Source: a virus (taxonomy: Duplodnaviria; Caudoviricetes). Taken from it: a stretch of 64,000 nucleotides of DNA. This document shows, piece by piece, positions 35,590-44,386 of this stretch. The stretch is from IMG/VR virus record IMGVR_UViG_3300027578_000006, positions 190-64,189 of that record. The stretch is one strand, 5' to 3'. The translations under genes and the position numbers were made by a program. How positions within the stretch are numbered: the first letter of the stretch is position 1; every line of letters starts with the position of its first letter. The notes under the pieces are model-generated. The model saw only the letters and a program-made list of their open reading frames with translations, did not search any database and was not told the DNA's origin.

Positions 35590-36687
35590 TCATGCAAAGT
35601 GCAGTTCATCGAACAGCGAGTCAAGTATCAAGTCCACATCCTCGCCATGCTCAAGACACTCAAGCGCCCAGTCAAGTGACGCTGGTGGTAACTGCTTGAA
35701 GTTCATGTGCCGTAGCGCCAGCCCTGTATCGTCAGGCCAGATAGACTCCGCAACCATCTGCGCTAACCCATCGTAGTGACCATACTGCGCATCGAGCACC
35801 GCATCGATAGCATCCTCGCGTCTGTAGTCTGGCTCGTCATTGGCAGGGTCGTACTTGGTGTACGTCTTGTACTCTTGCCACCATGAACCTGTGCCGTAGG
35901 ACACAGGCTCAACCACCGAAGGGTCACGGTCAACCGGCAACGCATCCCAGTCAACGGTCAGCACAGCGGCAGCAAGGTGCTGATAATACACAAGGTCAAG
36001 GCTCTCCTCCTGCGTGTGCTCACGCGCATACCCTACGCTGATGTTGGTGCACTCGGGGATGATGTCAATGAACTCTGCGGTATCCGTATACACACCGGTG
36101 TCATCGTTCAACATCATCAGGTTGTCGTTGCCGTCCATCAATGCGTCAGCTAGTGCAGAGCCGAACGTATCGGAGCAGCACCTACCCCACCCCTGATGCG
36201 TAATGACTGAGTCAATACCCCTACGATCAAACGCAATGGCACGATCAAACTCGCTTAATAACTTCTCCTGTTTCTCCGCCAGATACCTTGCGCCTACACC
36301 ACCGCGTTCTTCTCCTTGAGTAAACACGTAGTACCCACGCACACCACCCCAGATCATATGCATCAGCAGCGCAACACCTGCGCCGTCATCCGCACCCAGT
36401 ACGTCACCCTTAGCGCGCCAGTGTGTCTTGGTCTTGGTGATCTTGTTCTTGCCCTCGTTGCGGTGGACAGTATCCACGTGTGCTACGAATAGCGTCTTGT
36501 GTGTGGCTTTGCTTCTGTTGTCCACGTGTAGGTTGCCAGCGCCATCGTAAAAAGAACCCTTCTGTAAATCAAACGGCAAATTATCTTTCAACCACGCAGT
36601 GAACTTGACGTTAGTCTTTGACCCGTGTGGGCGCTTGGTTGAGAGGGCAGTGTTGAGTATCTTGCCCAGTACGTTAGTTGCTCTCAT
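35590..36687 (-). CDS. M28/M20-like zinc peptidase
   Basis: AHVDTVH, LGADDGAG, QGEERGGVG, AFDRRG, YTDTAEF, HT..E. Confidence 0.8.
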   Translation of the reverse strand: MRATNVLGKILNTALSTKRPHGSKTNVKFTAWLKDNLPFDLQKGSFYDGAGNLHVDNRSKATHKTLFVAHVDTVHRNEGKNKITKTKTHWRAKGDVLGADDGAGVALLMHMIWGGVRGYYVFTQGEERGGVGARYLAEKQEKLLSEFDRAIAFDRRGIDSVITHQGWGRCCSDTFGSALADALMDGNDNLMMLNDDTGVYTDTAEFIDIIPECTNISVGYAREHTQEESLDLVYYQHLAAAVLTVDWDALPVDRDPSVVEPVSYGTGSWWQEYKTYTKYDPANDEPDYRREDAIDAVLDAQYGHYDGLAQMVAESIWPDDTGLALRHMNFKQLPPASLDWALECLEHGEDVDLILDSLFDELHFA

Positions 36688-36689
36688 GA

Positions 36690-38132
36690 TTAGTTCTCCT
36701 CTGTGTTGGTTATATATTCATCTGCGTGCTTGGCGTGTACTGTCTTGCCGCAGGGTGTCTCGATGGAAGGCTCATCATTCAGGTAGTACGCATCGTCATG
36801 CTCACACTTCCATGCATTAGCCTCCAGCGCCCAGTCGCCATTCTCTAACTGCACACAGTCATCTACGTGCTCATACGTACCGGTGTGATCGCAATACACT
36901 ACGCAGTCATCATCCGACAGCACCCACACCTCGCGGTACTCCAGATACACCGCATTGTCTGTGTGCTCGTAGTCACCGCAGTCAAGCTCAACGATGTCAT
37001 AGCGGCTCAGGTACTCACGGTCGTAGTGATTGCCGGTTGACTCAACGTACACTGCGTCACTGTCTGGTACGTAATACTCGCAACCATTGCGGCCAAGCAC
37101 ATACGTATAGCTGTCGATGCAGCAGCTTCCAACATGATCGTCACCGTGATACCCGATGCTAGTCAGATCGTCTTCGCCTACACGCTCACCGCAGTCACCG
37201 CAGGTACAGCGTGATGACTCACTTGCATGGCCATCGGTACGGTCACACTCGTAATCCCCCTCACTGCTAATCAACAAGTGTGTACCGCAGTCCTCGACAT
37301 ACTTGCAACCACCGTCAAGGTAGGGTGCCCAGAAGTCATCACTGTACCTGCCTGTTGTGATGCGCTTGAGCTTGAGTTGTCCCCAGTCGCAGGTCTTCTT
37401 GAACCCTTGGTCACGCAGCCACACCTCGATAGCCTCGTCACTGTGTGAGTACTCGCCATCCTTGCGGGTGTAAGACCGAACGAATGACATCTCCTCGATA
37501 TTGACCAAGCACCGCGCTGTGATGATGCCGTCGTCGATGCGTACTGCTGCGCGCCAGCCATACTCAGGGTCATACACCTCATAGGGGTGAGCATCATCAC
37601 AGTCGGACTCATTCCACCGCATACATGAGTGCGGCCCGTCTTGTACTGAGTTGACGATCTGCTCAGTGGTATCCCATAACTCGAACCGACTAGCCCCGTG
37701 ACGCATGACGATGTCGCGTATCTGATGATCGCGCAGGGTAGGAAAGTGTCGCGTCAAGTACTTGCCAACTGAAGTTACCGTCTGCCTGTCAGCGTAGCCA
37801 TGCTCGTCGCTGCGTGTGTATGCAACACGGCTCGGGTCATTGTCTGATGCGTGGGGATGCTCAAGCACGAGCAAGTGCCAGTTTGCAGGGGATGCAAGCA
37901 TGACTGCTTGCTTGATCGCTGGGTGCATCGGAGCACTGTCTGCCTCACGCTTGAACCACGTGCGGTATTGCTTGTGGTCACGCTCGGGGTAGTTGGGTTT
38001 GTAGCTCTCGGGCAGATCGTCCCAGCCGTAGCGCTCGATATGAAGCCCGACGCTAGCGCGGTCAAGCAGTGCGTTTTGGAGTAGGCATATCCAGTCCCAC
38101 TTGGCGATGCCGCAATAGTCTGCGTGTGTCAT
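36690..38132 (-). CDS. acidic Cys-rich hypothetical protein
   Basis: 480 aa; SCM and PYLD motifs, then repeated Cys-containing acidic hairpins. Confidence 0.7.
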   Translation of the reverse strand: MTHADYCGIAKWDWICLLQNALLDRASVGLHIERYGWDDLPESYKPNYPERDHKQYRTWFKREADSAPMHPAIKQAVMLASPANWHLLVLEHPHASDNDPSRVAYTRSDEHGYADRQTVTSVGKYLTRHFPTLRDHQIRDIVMRHGASRFELWDTTEQIVNSVQDGPHSCMRWNESDCDDAHPYEVYDPEYGWRAAVRIDDGIITARCLVNIEEMSFVRSYTRKDGEYSHSDEAIEVWLRDQGFKKTCDWGQLKLKRITTGRYSDDFWAPYLDGGCKYVEDCGTHLLISSEGDYECDRTDGHASESSRCTCGDCGERVGEDDLTSIGYHGDDHVGSCCIDSYTYVLGRNGCEYYVPDSDAVYVESTGNHYDREYLSRYDIVELDCGDYEHTDNAVYLEYREVWVLSDDDCVVYCDHTGTYEHVDDCVQLENGDWALEANAWKCEHDDAYYLNDEPSIETPCGKTVHAKHADEYITNTEEN

Positions 38133-38202
38133 GGTAAATCCTTTCGGGTTGTGTTGCGTTAAGTAAGTGGCCTGAATAACGGGTCAGGCCGACCCGTTTT
38201 TA

Positions 38203-38457
38203 TTAACTGCTTTGCTCCATCTCTGCATCGAGCCTTACTTCTTTGGGTATGAACTTCTCAAACAGATGACCGAACGCATCGAGCAGGATGCGTTGGTTCC
38301 CCAAGTCAGCGAGGAAGAACGCACTTGCTATGGCTGCTGCGAAACTGCCGCCGATCTTCCTCATCTCATGCGCTGCTGCGTAGAGTTCGTTCTGTGAGTA
38401 CTTGTCTACTATGCGGACGGGGCGTGGCATAGCGTGGATGTTGTTGGTTGTAGTCAT
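38203..38457 (-). CDS. hypothetical protein
   Basis: GGSFAAAIASAFFLAD..N...L..AF; AAGGAG RBS. Confidence 0.65.
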   Translation of the reverse strand: MTTTNNIHAMPRPVRIVDKYSQNELYAAAHEMRKIGGSFAAAIASAFFLADLGNQRILLDAFGHLFEKFIPKEVRLDAEMEQSS

Positions 38458-38469
38458 TGTGTTTCTCCT

Positions 38470-38829
38470 TTATGAGTAGTGCGGTCTTTCTTCTGGGTAG
38501 TACGGTGCTGGCATACCCTCGTTGACGATGGCGTGATAGCGCCCCTCGGATAAGACGCTGCTCACCTCGGGTCTGCCTTCGTTCCATTGGGATATCAAGC
38601 CTTGGTTCAGGGCATCGGCGTAGTCGAACGCATCTTCTTCCTTGTCAAACCCTCGCAGGAAGTTTGCTGCCCGTGGTTCCATGCATAGCTCGGCGGTGTC
38701 GTAGTACCACCCGCCTTCCTCGTGTCCGCCGTATGCCCTGTCTTCCATGTAGATGGCCACGGTGTAGAACTTGCGGGTTTGTGCTGCTTCCTCTTGGTAC
38801 TGCGCTATTAGCTTCTCTGCTTCATTCAT
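38470..38829 (-). CDS. hypothetical protein (AYGGxEEGGWYY motif)
   Basis: strong RBS, acidic 119 aa. Confidence 0.7.
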   Translation of the reverse strand: MNEAEKLIAQYQEEAAQTRKFYTVAIYMEDRAYGGHEEGGWYYDTAELCMEPRAANFLRGFDKEEDAFDYADALNQGLISQWNEGRPEVSSVLSEGRYHAIVNEGMPAPYYPEERPHYS

Positions 38830-38856
38830 GTTGTTGCTCCTTTCGGTGGGTTGTAA

Positions 38857-39114
38857 TTAAAGAACAGCGATGTACTTCTTCAGGACTTCGAAGTCCTCCT
38901 TCGGGATTTCCTGTACCGCGCCCGCCCAGATCAGGGTGCAGTCAGACCAGTACGCATCGTGTTCCTTGTCCCAGTCTGCGCGGGTACAGCCGCGCCACTC
39001 CATTGCTACCTTGTCGGCGTACTTGTCTGGGTTGCCCTTGGTTGTGAACAGGAAGCGGTCGTTGTACTCCATGCCGCCGTTGCTTTCTTCGATCTTGCCA
39101 ATGTAGTGCTTCAT
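38857..39114 (-). CDS. hypothetical protein
   Basis: strong RBS; flanked by identical 23-bp repeats. Confidence 0.65.
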   Translation of the reverse strand: MKHYIGKIEESNGGMEYNDRFLFTTKGNPDKYADKVAMEWRGCTRADWDKEHDAYWSDCTLIWAGAVQEIPKEDFEVLKKYIAVL

Positions 39115-39177
39115 GTTGTTGCTCCTTTCGGTTGGTTGATTTCGGGTCAGGTTGACCCGTTTATTACTACATCTAGA

Positions 39178-39933
39178 TTATACTACATCTAGTTCTGGTT
39201 TCTCAAATTTGTACAGGCCATGCCACGTGTGCGGTACGGCTTCGCTTGGCTTCATCTCACGCATACGGTCTAAGGCTTGGCGCATCTGGTTGTACTTCAG
39301 GCGTATGGTTTGGTTTGTCGGTGCAATGTCTAATTCTTGTTTCACATAGGCGATCTCCTTTTCGGTTCGTTTGATGAGTCGGGTCAACGCGGGGTTGTCC
39401 TTGATCGGGCGTTGGGTTCTCTGAAACGGTATCTTGCGCTTGGCCTTGGGCGTGTGGGGTATCGCATCGAACAGTGCCAGTGCTTTTAACTTCACACCGG
39501 CAGGAACCCAGTCTGTCCAGTGGATGCCGTTATTCGGTATCTGCCGCTTGCCTTTGGCGTTGACCCAGCGTGAGTAGTTGCTTGGTGTTGGCTTGGGTAC
39601 GTCTGGGTTGGCCTGTGCTGCCTCAATCTCATCCCTGACCCTCTCTACTATCAACAAGTAGGCTTCGAAGGCGAGTAGTCTTTCGGGCTGTGTCTGGGTC
39701 TTGGCATACTTCAGCCCTTGCCGGACGTTGTTGTGCTCGTAGTTCAGGTCACGCAGCAGTGCTGCCCAGAGTCTTTTGCGGTGTGTTGCCGTGATCTTCT
39801 CGGCTCGGCGTTGGCTCTTGACGGAGCGTATCTCTGATCTCAGGCTATTTCTTAACCCGTGTTGGTCGGGGAATTGTCTGAGCAGTGCGCTGTCGATCTT
39901 GCGCTGGGTCGCGGTGTACATCCATTTGTGCAT
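39178..39933 (-). CDS. basic hypothetical protein next to the putative origin
   Basis: 251 aa, HWTDWVP and VPHTWHGL motifs. Confidence 0.65.
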   Translation of the reverse strand: MHKWMYTATQRKIDSALLRQFPDQHGLRNSLRSEIRSVKSQRRAEKITATHRKRLWAALLRDLNYEHNNVRQGLKYAKTQTQPERLLAFEAYLLIVERVRDEIEAAQANPDVPKPTPSNYSRWVNAKGKRQIPNNGIHWTDWVPAGVKLKALALFDAIPHTPKAKRKIPFQRTQRPIKDNPALTRLIKRTEKEIAYVKQELDIAPTNQTIRLKYNQMRQALDRMREMKPSEAVPHTWHGLYKFEKPELDVV

Positions 39934-39955
39934 GATTACTACCCTTTCTGACGTT

Positions 39956-40300
39956 GGTATCCAAGACGGTATCCAAGATTACCACAAGTGGACTAGTTTT
40001 TGGACAATGCTTTGGTAGTGTGGGTGCGGGATAACAGAAAACTGGCGCGTTTATTTATCTGTTTTAAATAACACACTTACCCCTCAAAACAAAAAAGTCA
40101 AAGCAAAAGAAAAAGACGGACGTACATACAAATACTCTCCTATATATATATATATATTTAAATAGATTAATAAATGTGCCTGTTTTTAGGATACGCCTTG
40201 ATGGCACTGCGTTTTCGCTGTCTTTTTTCTTGTCCAGTTGTAGTAGTCTTGGATACCTTGATTGAAAAGTCAAATCCCCCCCTTTTTTGTAGTAGTCTTG
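39956..40300. other. candidate replication origin: 29-bp inverted repeats flanking an AT-rich core
   Basis: 39968-39996 versus reverse complement of 40229-40257 (25/29 identical); (TA)n tract from 40141. Confidence 0.5.
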
Positions 40301-40331
40301 AAGAAACGGGTCATCGTGACCCGTTTTTGGG

Positions 40332-40601
40332 TTAGATGGATGTGACACGCAGGTAGTTCTCTGCTTGATCTTCGTAGGGCATGACGAAAGCGCAGATGGC
40401 TGCGCCCTTGAAGTCGTACCGTGCCATGTCCCCGTAGTTGCCGTTGAGTTTGGTTGAGTAGCCCATCTCGCGGCTGACCTTGCGGATTGCGCCTCTGAAG
40501 GTGGTGGCATGGACTTTGAAGCGATGTACCCAGCAGTAGTTGGCATCGCCTGCGTAGGTGTCGGTGACTTCGACAAAGAAGATGGATTGTGTGGCTTTCA
40601 T
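40332..40601 (-). CDS. hypothetical protein (VTDTYAGDANYCWV motif)
   Basis: start MKATQ after GAAAGGA RBS. Confidence 0.7.
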   Translation of the reverse strand: MKATQSIFFVEVTDTYAGDANYCWVHRFKVHATTFRGAIRKVSREMGYSTKLNGNYGDMARYDFKGAAICAFVMPYEDQAENYLRVTSI

Positions 40602-40653
40602 GGGTTGGTTCCTTTCAGGGGTGGATAAACGGGTCAGGTTGACCCGCTTTTGG

Positions 40654-40845
40654 TTATGCATACAGGTTGCGGTAGGCAAGGTTGCTGTTACGCAGTTCGC
40701 CCAGTATCTTGCCCAGTTCAGCGGCTCGGCTCTTGTTGCCCGTCATCCATGCAATGGACTGCGCTTCTTGCATCTCGCGGAACTCTCGGACTTCATCGGC
40801 TGTCAGGCGCTTGAAGCAATGGCGGGTGTATTTTTGGTATTCCAT
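40654..40845 (-). CDS. hypothetical protein
   Basis: 63 aa with GAAAGGA RBS. Confidence 0.6.
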   Translation of the reverse strand: MEYQKYTRHCFKRLTADEVREFREMQEAQSIAWMTGNKSRAAELGKILGELRNSNLAYRNLYA

Positions 40846-40866
40846 GGTGATTCCTTTCGGTGGTGG

Positions 40867-41067
40867 TTATTTGATCCAGTTTTGCGCTGTTGCGAATGCT
40901 TCATCCCATGACAGGCCGTGCTTCTCCCGCCACAGGCACACCCCTAAACCGCTGTCGTGCCAAGTGAACACGGAAAACCCGTCTTCGTCTGTGCGGTAGT
41001 CGATGGTGTCGGTGCTACGGATTTCGGCTTTGTAGCCGGTTGGGTTTGACCCAGTGAAGTTTTGCAT
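40867..41067 (-). CDS. hypothetical protein
   Basis: 66 aa; flanked by identical 19-bp repeats. Confidence 0.6.
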   Translation of the reverse strand: MQNFTGSNPTGYKAEIRSTDTIDYRTDEDGFSVFTWHDSGLGVCLWREKHGLSWDEAFATAQNWIK

Positions 41068-41166
41068 TTCAGTTCCTTTCGGTGGTGGTTAGACAAGAAA
41101 CGGAACACCGGCCAGACCTCACGCCGATGCCCCGTGGAAAAAAACGGGTCAGGTTGACCCGAAAAA

Positions 41167-41544
41167 TCATGCCAGCGCCTTGATGACAGCGCGCTGCTGC
41201 TTGGCGTCCAGCTTGTTGAAGGCTTTGATGATCGCGTCTACGGGGTCAGCCTTGCCAGATGACGCGCTGCGCGTCTCGCCTTTGAGAGCATTCATCACAT
41301 CACGGACACGGGTCTTCAGGAACTCATAGCGGGCATGGCTGGTATCAAGCATGACCTTGCCCGTGGATGATTCATTCCAGCCTTTGCCCGCAGTGAGCGC
41401 CTCGCACACTGCCTTGATGACGTAGGGGCGTTGAAGCTGGGGCGTATCAAGCCCAAGCGAGTGCATACCGATGAGCAGGTCATCCTGCTGCGTGAGGAAC
41501 TTGGATACAATGGTGTTGACTTGCTTTTGAGTTGCGTCTTTCAT
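41167..41544 (-). CDS. hypothetical protein
   Basis: 125 aa with GAAAGGA RBS, between two palindromes. Confidence 0.65.
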   Translation of the reverse strand: MKDATQKQVNTIVSKFLTQQDDLLIGMHSLGLDTPQLQRPYVIKAVCEALTAGKGWNESSTGKVMLDTSHARYEFLKTRVRDVMNALKGETRSASSGKADPVDAIIKAFNKLDAKQQRAVIKALA

Positions 41545-41604
41545 GGTATTTCCTTTCGAGTGGATTAAAAAAACGGGTCAGGTTGACCCGAAAACTACGG
41601 TGAA

Positions 41605-41748
41605 TTACAGGTTGTCGAGGATTGCGTACAGTTCGTCTGCTGCATCTGTACCGGAACAGTCTGCTCCGCATTCATCCCAGACGGTTGATTCGTCAGGCAT
41701 CCAGCAGATCAGGCTGATGAAGAAGTGTGCTCGTTCCTGTTCGGTCAT
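41605..41748 (-). CDS. 47-aa acidic protein, first gene of the early arm (not in ORF track)
   Basis: AGGAG RBS; MTEQERAHFFISLICWMPDESTVWDECGADCSGTDAADELYAILDNL. Confidence 0.6.
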   Translation of the reverse strand: MTEQERAHFFISLICWMPDESTVWDECGADCSGTDAADELYAILDNL

Positions 41749-41989
41749 ATCGTTCTCCTAGTAAGCGGCAGCACAGCGCTACCGATGTAATCTATTATCC
41801 AGTTTTTGCATTCCGTTATTATTTTGGCAATACCCTATATCTCGACCCCACCGTACCCCCATGACCCCTTTTTGACGTAACGTGGGCGCTCCGCATATAA
41901 CACTGTTTCGTAACCATCCCCAGCATTTCAGTTATTCACTTGGCAACACACTACCCAAAAAACGAAAGTAGCCAGCAAAGTGCGTTTTT

Positions 41990-42074
41990 GCCACTGCAAA
42001 CTTAAACCCCGCCACTGCAAACTTAAACCCCGCCACTGACAACTTATTCCCAACCGACTGCAAACTTAAACCCC
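41990..42074 (+). repeat. tandem 21-bp repeats GCCACTGCAAACTTAAACCCC
   Basis: two exact copies 41990-42010 and 42011-42031, plus two degenerate copies. Confidence 0.85.
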
Positions 42075-42104
42075 ACCCCATTATTAAAAAATTGACAATA
42101 TACT

Positions 42105-42120
42105 TGTCTAACGTTGGACA
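42105..42120. promoter_or_regulatory. 16-bp operator-like palindrome
   Basis: TGTCTAACGTTGGACA. Confidence 0.55.
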
Positions 42121-42130
42121 AATACAGGCG

Positions 42131-42159
42131 AAAAAAAGCCCCGCACGGGGGTACGGGGC
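42131..42159 (-). terminator. possible intrinsic terminator
   Basis: GCCCCG/CGGGGC stem followed by U7 on the minus strand. Confidence 0.45.
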
Positions 42160-42204
42160 AAAAGTGCTCTACGAGCAGGAGAAGCAAATGCAAAGCGTTG
42201 CCAC

Positions 42205-42233
42205 TTGCACACTTGCAGCACACAATATACACT
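42205..42233 (+). promoter_or_regulatory. sigma70-like promoter of the packaging/late arm
   Basis: TTGCAC-17 nt-TACACT upstream of ATG 42265. Confidence 0.5.
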
Positions 42234-42264
42234 CCGGCCAACGAGGTACGCAAGGGACCTGCGC

Positions 42265-42870
42265 ATGTTGGATCACTTAATAGAATTTACCCCCGATGTG
42301 GACGACGACTCCGCTGGCTTTGTCGCGTTTGAAAAAATGCAACCAACGGATCTGGTGGACGCTCAGGTAGATACTGCCGAGTGGCTTAAGAGTTTGGGGG
42401 CAGCAGGCGATGAAGTCTCTGACGAACTGGAAGCGCAAGCAGCCAGAACGGCCTTTACCAACATCGTCACCGCCCAGCCCGACGAACACTCCCGCGCTGC
42501 CTTGGCTGAGATCAAAACCCCCGCTGCTGTACAGCATCTTGTCGGTATGCTAACGGCTTATGACTGGGAGTTCATCAATCAGGCCAAAGAGATTCGCGGC
42601 TACGCTGTTGCCCAACTGCTGGAAGAAACCAAACACCCGACGGCATCCGTCAGATTAAAGGCGCTTGCCCTTTTGGGCAAAGTCACCGAGATTGGTTTAT
42701 TTACCGAGAAGATAGAAATTAAGAAGGCCGAACTCTCCGACGCCGAACTGGAAGCCCGGATTAAAGAGAAGCTTAATAAGTTTGCCAAGATTGTGGATAT
42801 TACGGATGTCAGAGAAGTTGAAGAAATAGAATGTCAAAGTTTAGACAATGAAGCCGACACTGAGTCCTGA
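42265..42870 (+). CDS. terS: putative terminase small subunit
   Basis: directly upstream of terL; RLKALALLGK helix and LSDAELEARI tail. Confidence 0.65.
   Translation: MLDHLIEFTPDVDDDSAGFVAFEKMQPTDLVDAQVDTAEWLKSLGAAGDEVSDELEAQAARTAFTNIVTAQPDEHSRAALAEIKTPAAVQHLVGMLTAYDWEFINQAKEIRGYAVAQLLEETKHPTASVRLKALALLGKVTEIGLFTEKIEIKKAELSDAELEARIKEKLNKFAKIVDITDVREVEEIECQSLDNEADTES
42832..42847. promoter_or_regulatory. 16-bp operator-like palindrome abutting the terL start
   Basis: TGTCAAAGTTTAGACA followed by ATG. Confidence 0.55.
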
Positions 42871-44377
42871 AGAGATACAGGCACTAAATAAGATACTTCC
42901 CACACTTTCAGCGCGGGAAAAGGCGGAACTGCTGGCCGACTTGGAAGAACGCGCCGCCCGCGCCAGTAAGGTCATCGGACGGGACTCCATGCTGGGGTTT
43001 GCCACCCACGTCTATCCGGGATTCAAGATCGGCCCCCACCACAGGAAACTTTCGAAAATCTTCGAAGACGTTATTAGCGGCAAGAAAAAGCGGGTCATCA
43101 TCAATATTGCCCCCCGCCACGGTAAGTCCGAGTTCTCGTCCTATTTGTTTCCTGCGTACTTCCTTGGGAAATATCCTGATAAAAAGATCATCATGGGAAC
43201 CCACACGGCGGGTCTGTCTGAAGACTACGGTCGGCGGGTGCGGAACTTGATTGAGTCCGAAGAATACCAAGAGCTTTATCCCGATACGCGGATTGCAGAT
43301 GACCAGAAAGCAGCAGGCAAGTGGAGTACTGGCGCAGGCGGGCAATATTATGCGGCGGGTGTTGGAGGCGCTTTAGCTGGTCGCGGTGCTGACTTATTTG
43401 TTATTGATGACCCCCACAGCGAACAAGACGCAAAAGCAAACTCCAGACTTGCCTTTGATACCGCATGGTCGTGGTTCCAAACAGGCCCGTTGCAGCGTCT
43501 GATGCCGGGTGGGGCGATCATTGTAATTATGACTCGCTGGTCACTACTTGACCTAACAGGTAGACTTATAGACTACCAGACAAGAAACCCTGAAGCCGAG
43601 CCGTGGGAGATCGTAGAACTTCCGGCCATCCTGCACGAGAACACCGACAAAGAGAAAAGCCTGTGGCCAGAACAGTGGCCGCTGGAGCAGTTAAAAAAAG
43701 CCAAAGCATCTCTCGACCCCCGGTACTGGAACGCCCAGTACATGCAGAACCCCACCTCCGAGAACTCCGCCATCATCTCGCGCAAACACTGGCGCATATG
43801 GGACCACGACGACCCCCCACAGTGCGAGTACATCATCCAGTCTTGGGATACGGCGTTTGAGACCAAGAACAACTCGGACTATTCCGCCTGTACAACATGG
43901 GGAGTTTTTTACAACGAAGAGGAAAACGACAGCCCGCAAGTAATTCTGTTGGATGCGTTCAAGGAACGAATGGCGTTTCCAGATTTGAAACAAGCAGCGC
44001 TTAAGCACTACAAGGAGTGGGAGCCAGATGCGTTCATTGTGGAGAAAAAGGCAGCAGGTGCCCCGCTTATTCAGGAACTTCGGGCAATGGGTATTCCAGT
44101 TCAAGAGTTCTCCCCAAGCCGAGGCAACGACAAACACGTCCGACTCAACGCGGTTGCAGACCTCTTTACCAGCGGAAGAATCTGGGCACCCGACACACGG
44201 TGGGCTAGAGAAGTTATCGAAGAAGTAGCAGCCTTCCCGGTTGGCGAACACGATGACTTCGTAGATACTACGTCGCAAGCACTGCTGCGCTTTAGGCAAG
44301 GGGGGTTCATTACCCTTGACTCGGACGAAAAAGACGAACCCATATACCACCGCGCCAGAAAAGCGGCGTACTACTAA
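42848..44377 (+). CDS. terL: terminase large subunit
   Basis: APRHGKS, FVIDDP, MTRW, QSWDTA, HDDFVD. Confidence 0.95.
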   Translation: MKPTLSPEEIQALNKILPTLSAREKAELLADLEERAARASKVIGRDSMLGFATHVYPGFKIGPHHRKLSKIFEDVISGKKKRVIINIAPRHGKSEFSSYLFPAYFLGKYPDKKIIMGTHTAGLSEDYGRRVRNLIESEEYQELYPDTRIADDQKAAGKWSTGAGGQYYAAGVGGALAGRGADLFVIDDPHSEQDAKANSRLAFDTAWSWFQTGPLQRLMPGGAIIVIMTRWSLLDLTGRLIDYQTRNPEAEPWEIVELPAILHENTDKEKSLWPEQWPLEQLKKAKASLDPRYWNAQYMQNPTSENSAIISRKHWRIWDHDDPPQCEYIIQSWDTAFETKNNSDYSACTTWGVFYNEEENDSPQVILLDAFKERMAFPDLKQAALKHYKEWEPDAFIVEKKAAGAPLIQELRAMGIPVQEFSPSRGNDKHVRLNAVADLFTSGRIWAPDTRWAREVIEEVAAFPVGEHDDFVDTTSQALLRFRQGGFITLDSDEKDEPIYHRARKAAYY

Positions 44378-44386
44378 GGACAGAAC

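Larger units (their letters stand above)
35564..41590 (-). repeat. dispersed 17-nt palindrome CGGGTCA-N3-TGACCCG, 7 copies
   Basis: 35564-35580, 38180-38196, 39143-39159, 40307-40323, 40630-40646, 41145-41161, 41574-41590; all intergenic. Confidence 0.9.

Noticed and set aside
40064-40576. 170-aa minus-strand ORF across the AT-rich region
   Set aside because: Overlaps the better-supported 40332..40601 gene in another frame and translates low-complexity DNA.
35564-41590. The palindrome core GGTCAnnnTGACC equals the eukaryotic estrogen response element
   Set aside because: Coincidence in a bacteriophage; no biological link can be supported.
35564-42074. CRISPR array interpretation of the 17-nt or 21-bp repeats
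   Set aside because: The 17-mers are separated by whole genes and the 21-mers have no spacers; no cas operon, and the Cas4-like nuclease sits in the replication module.
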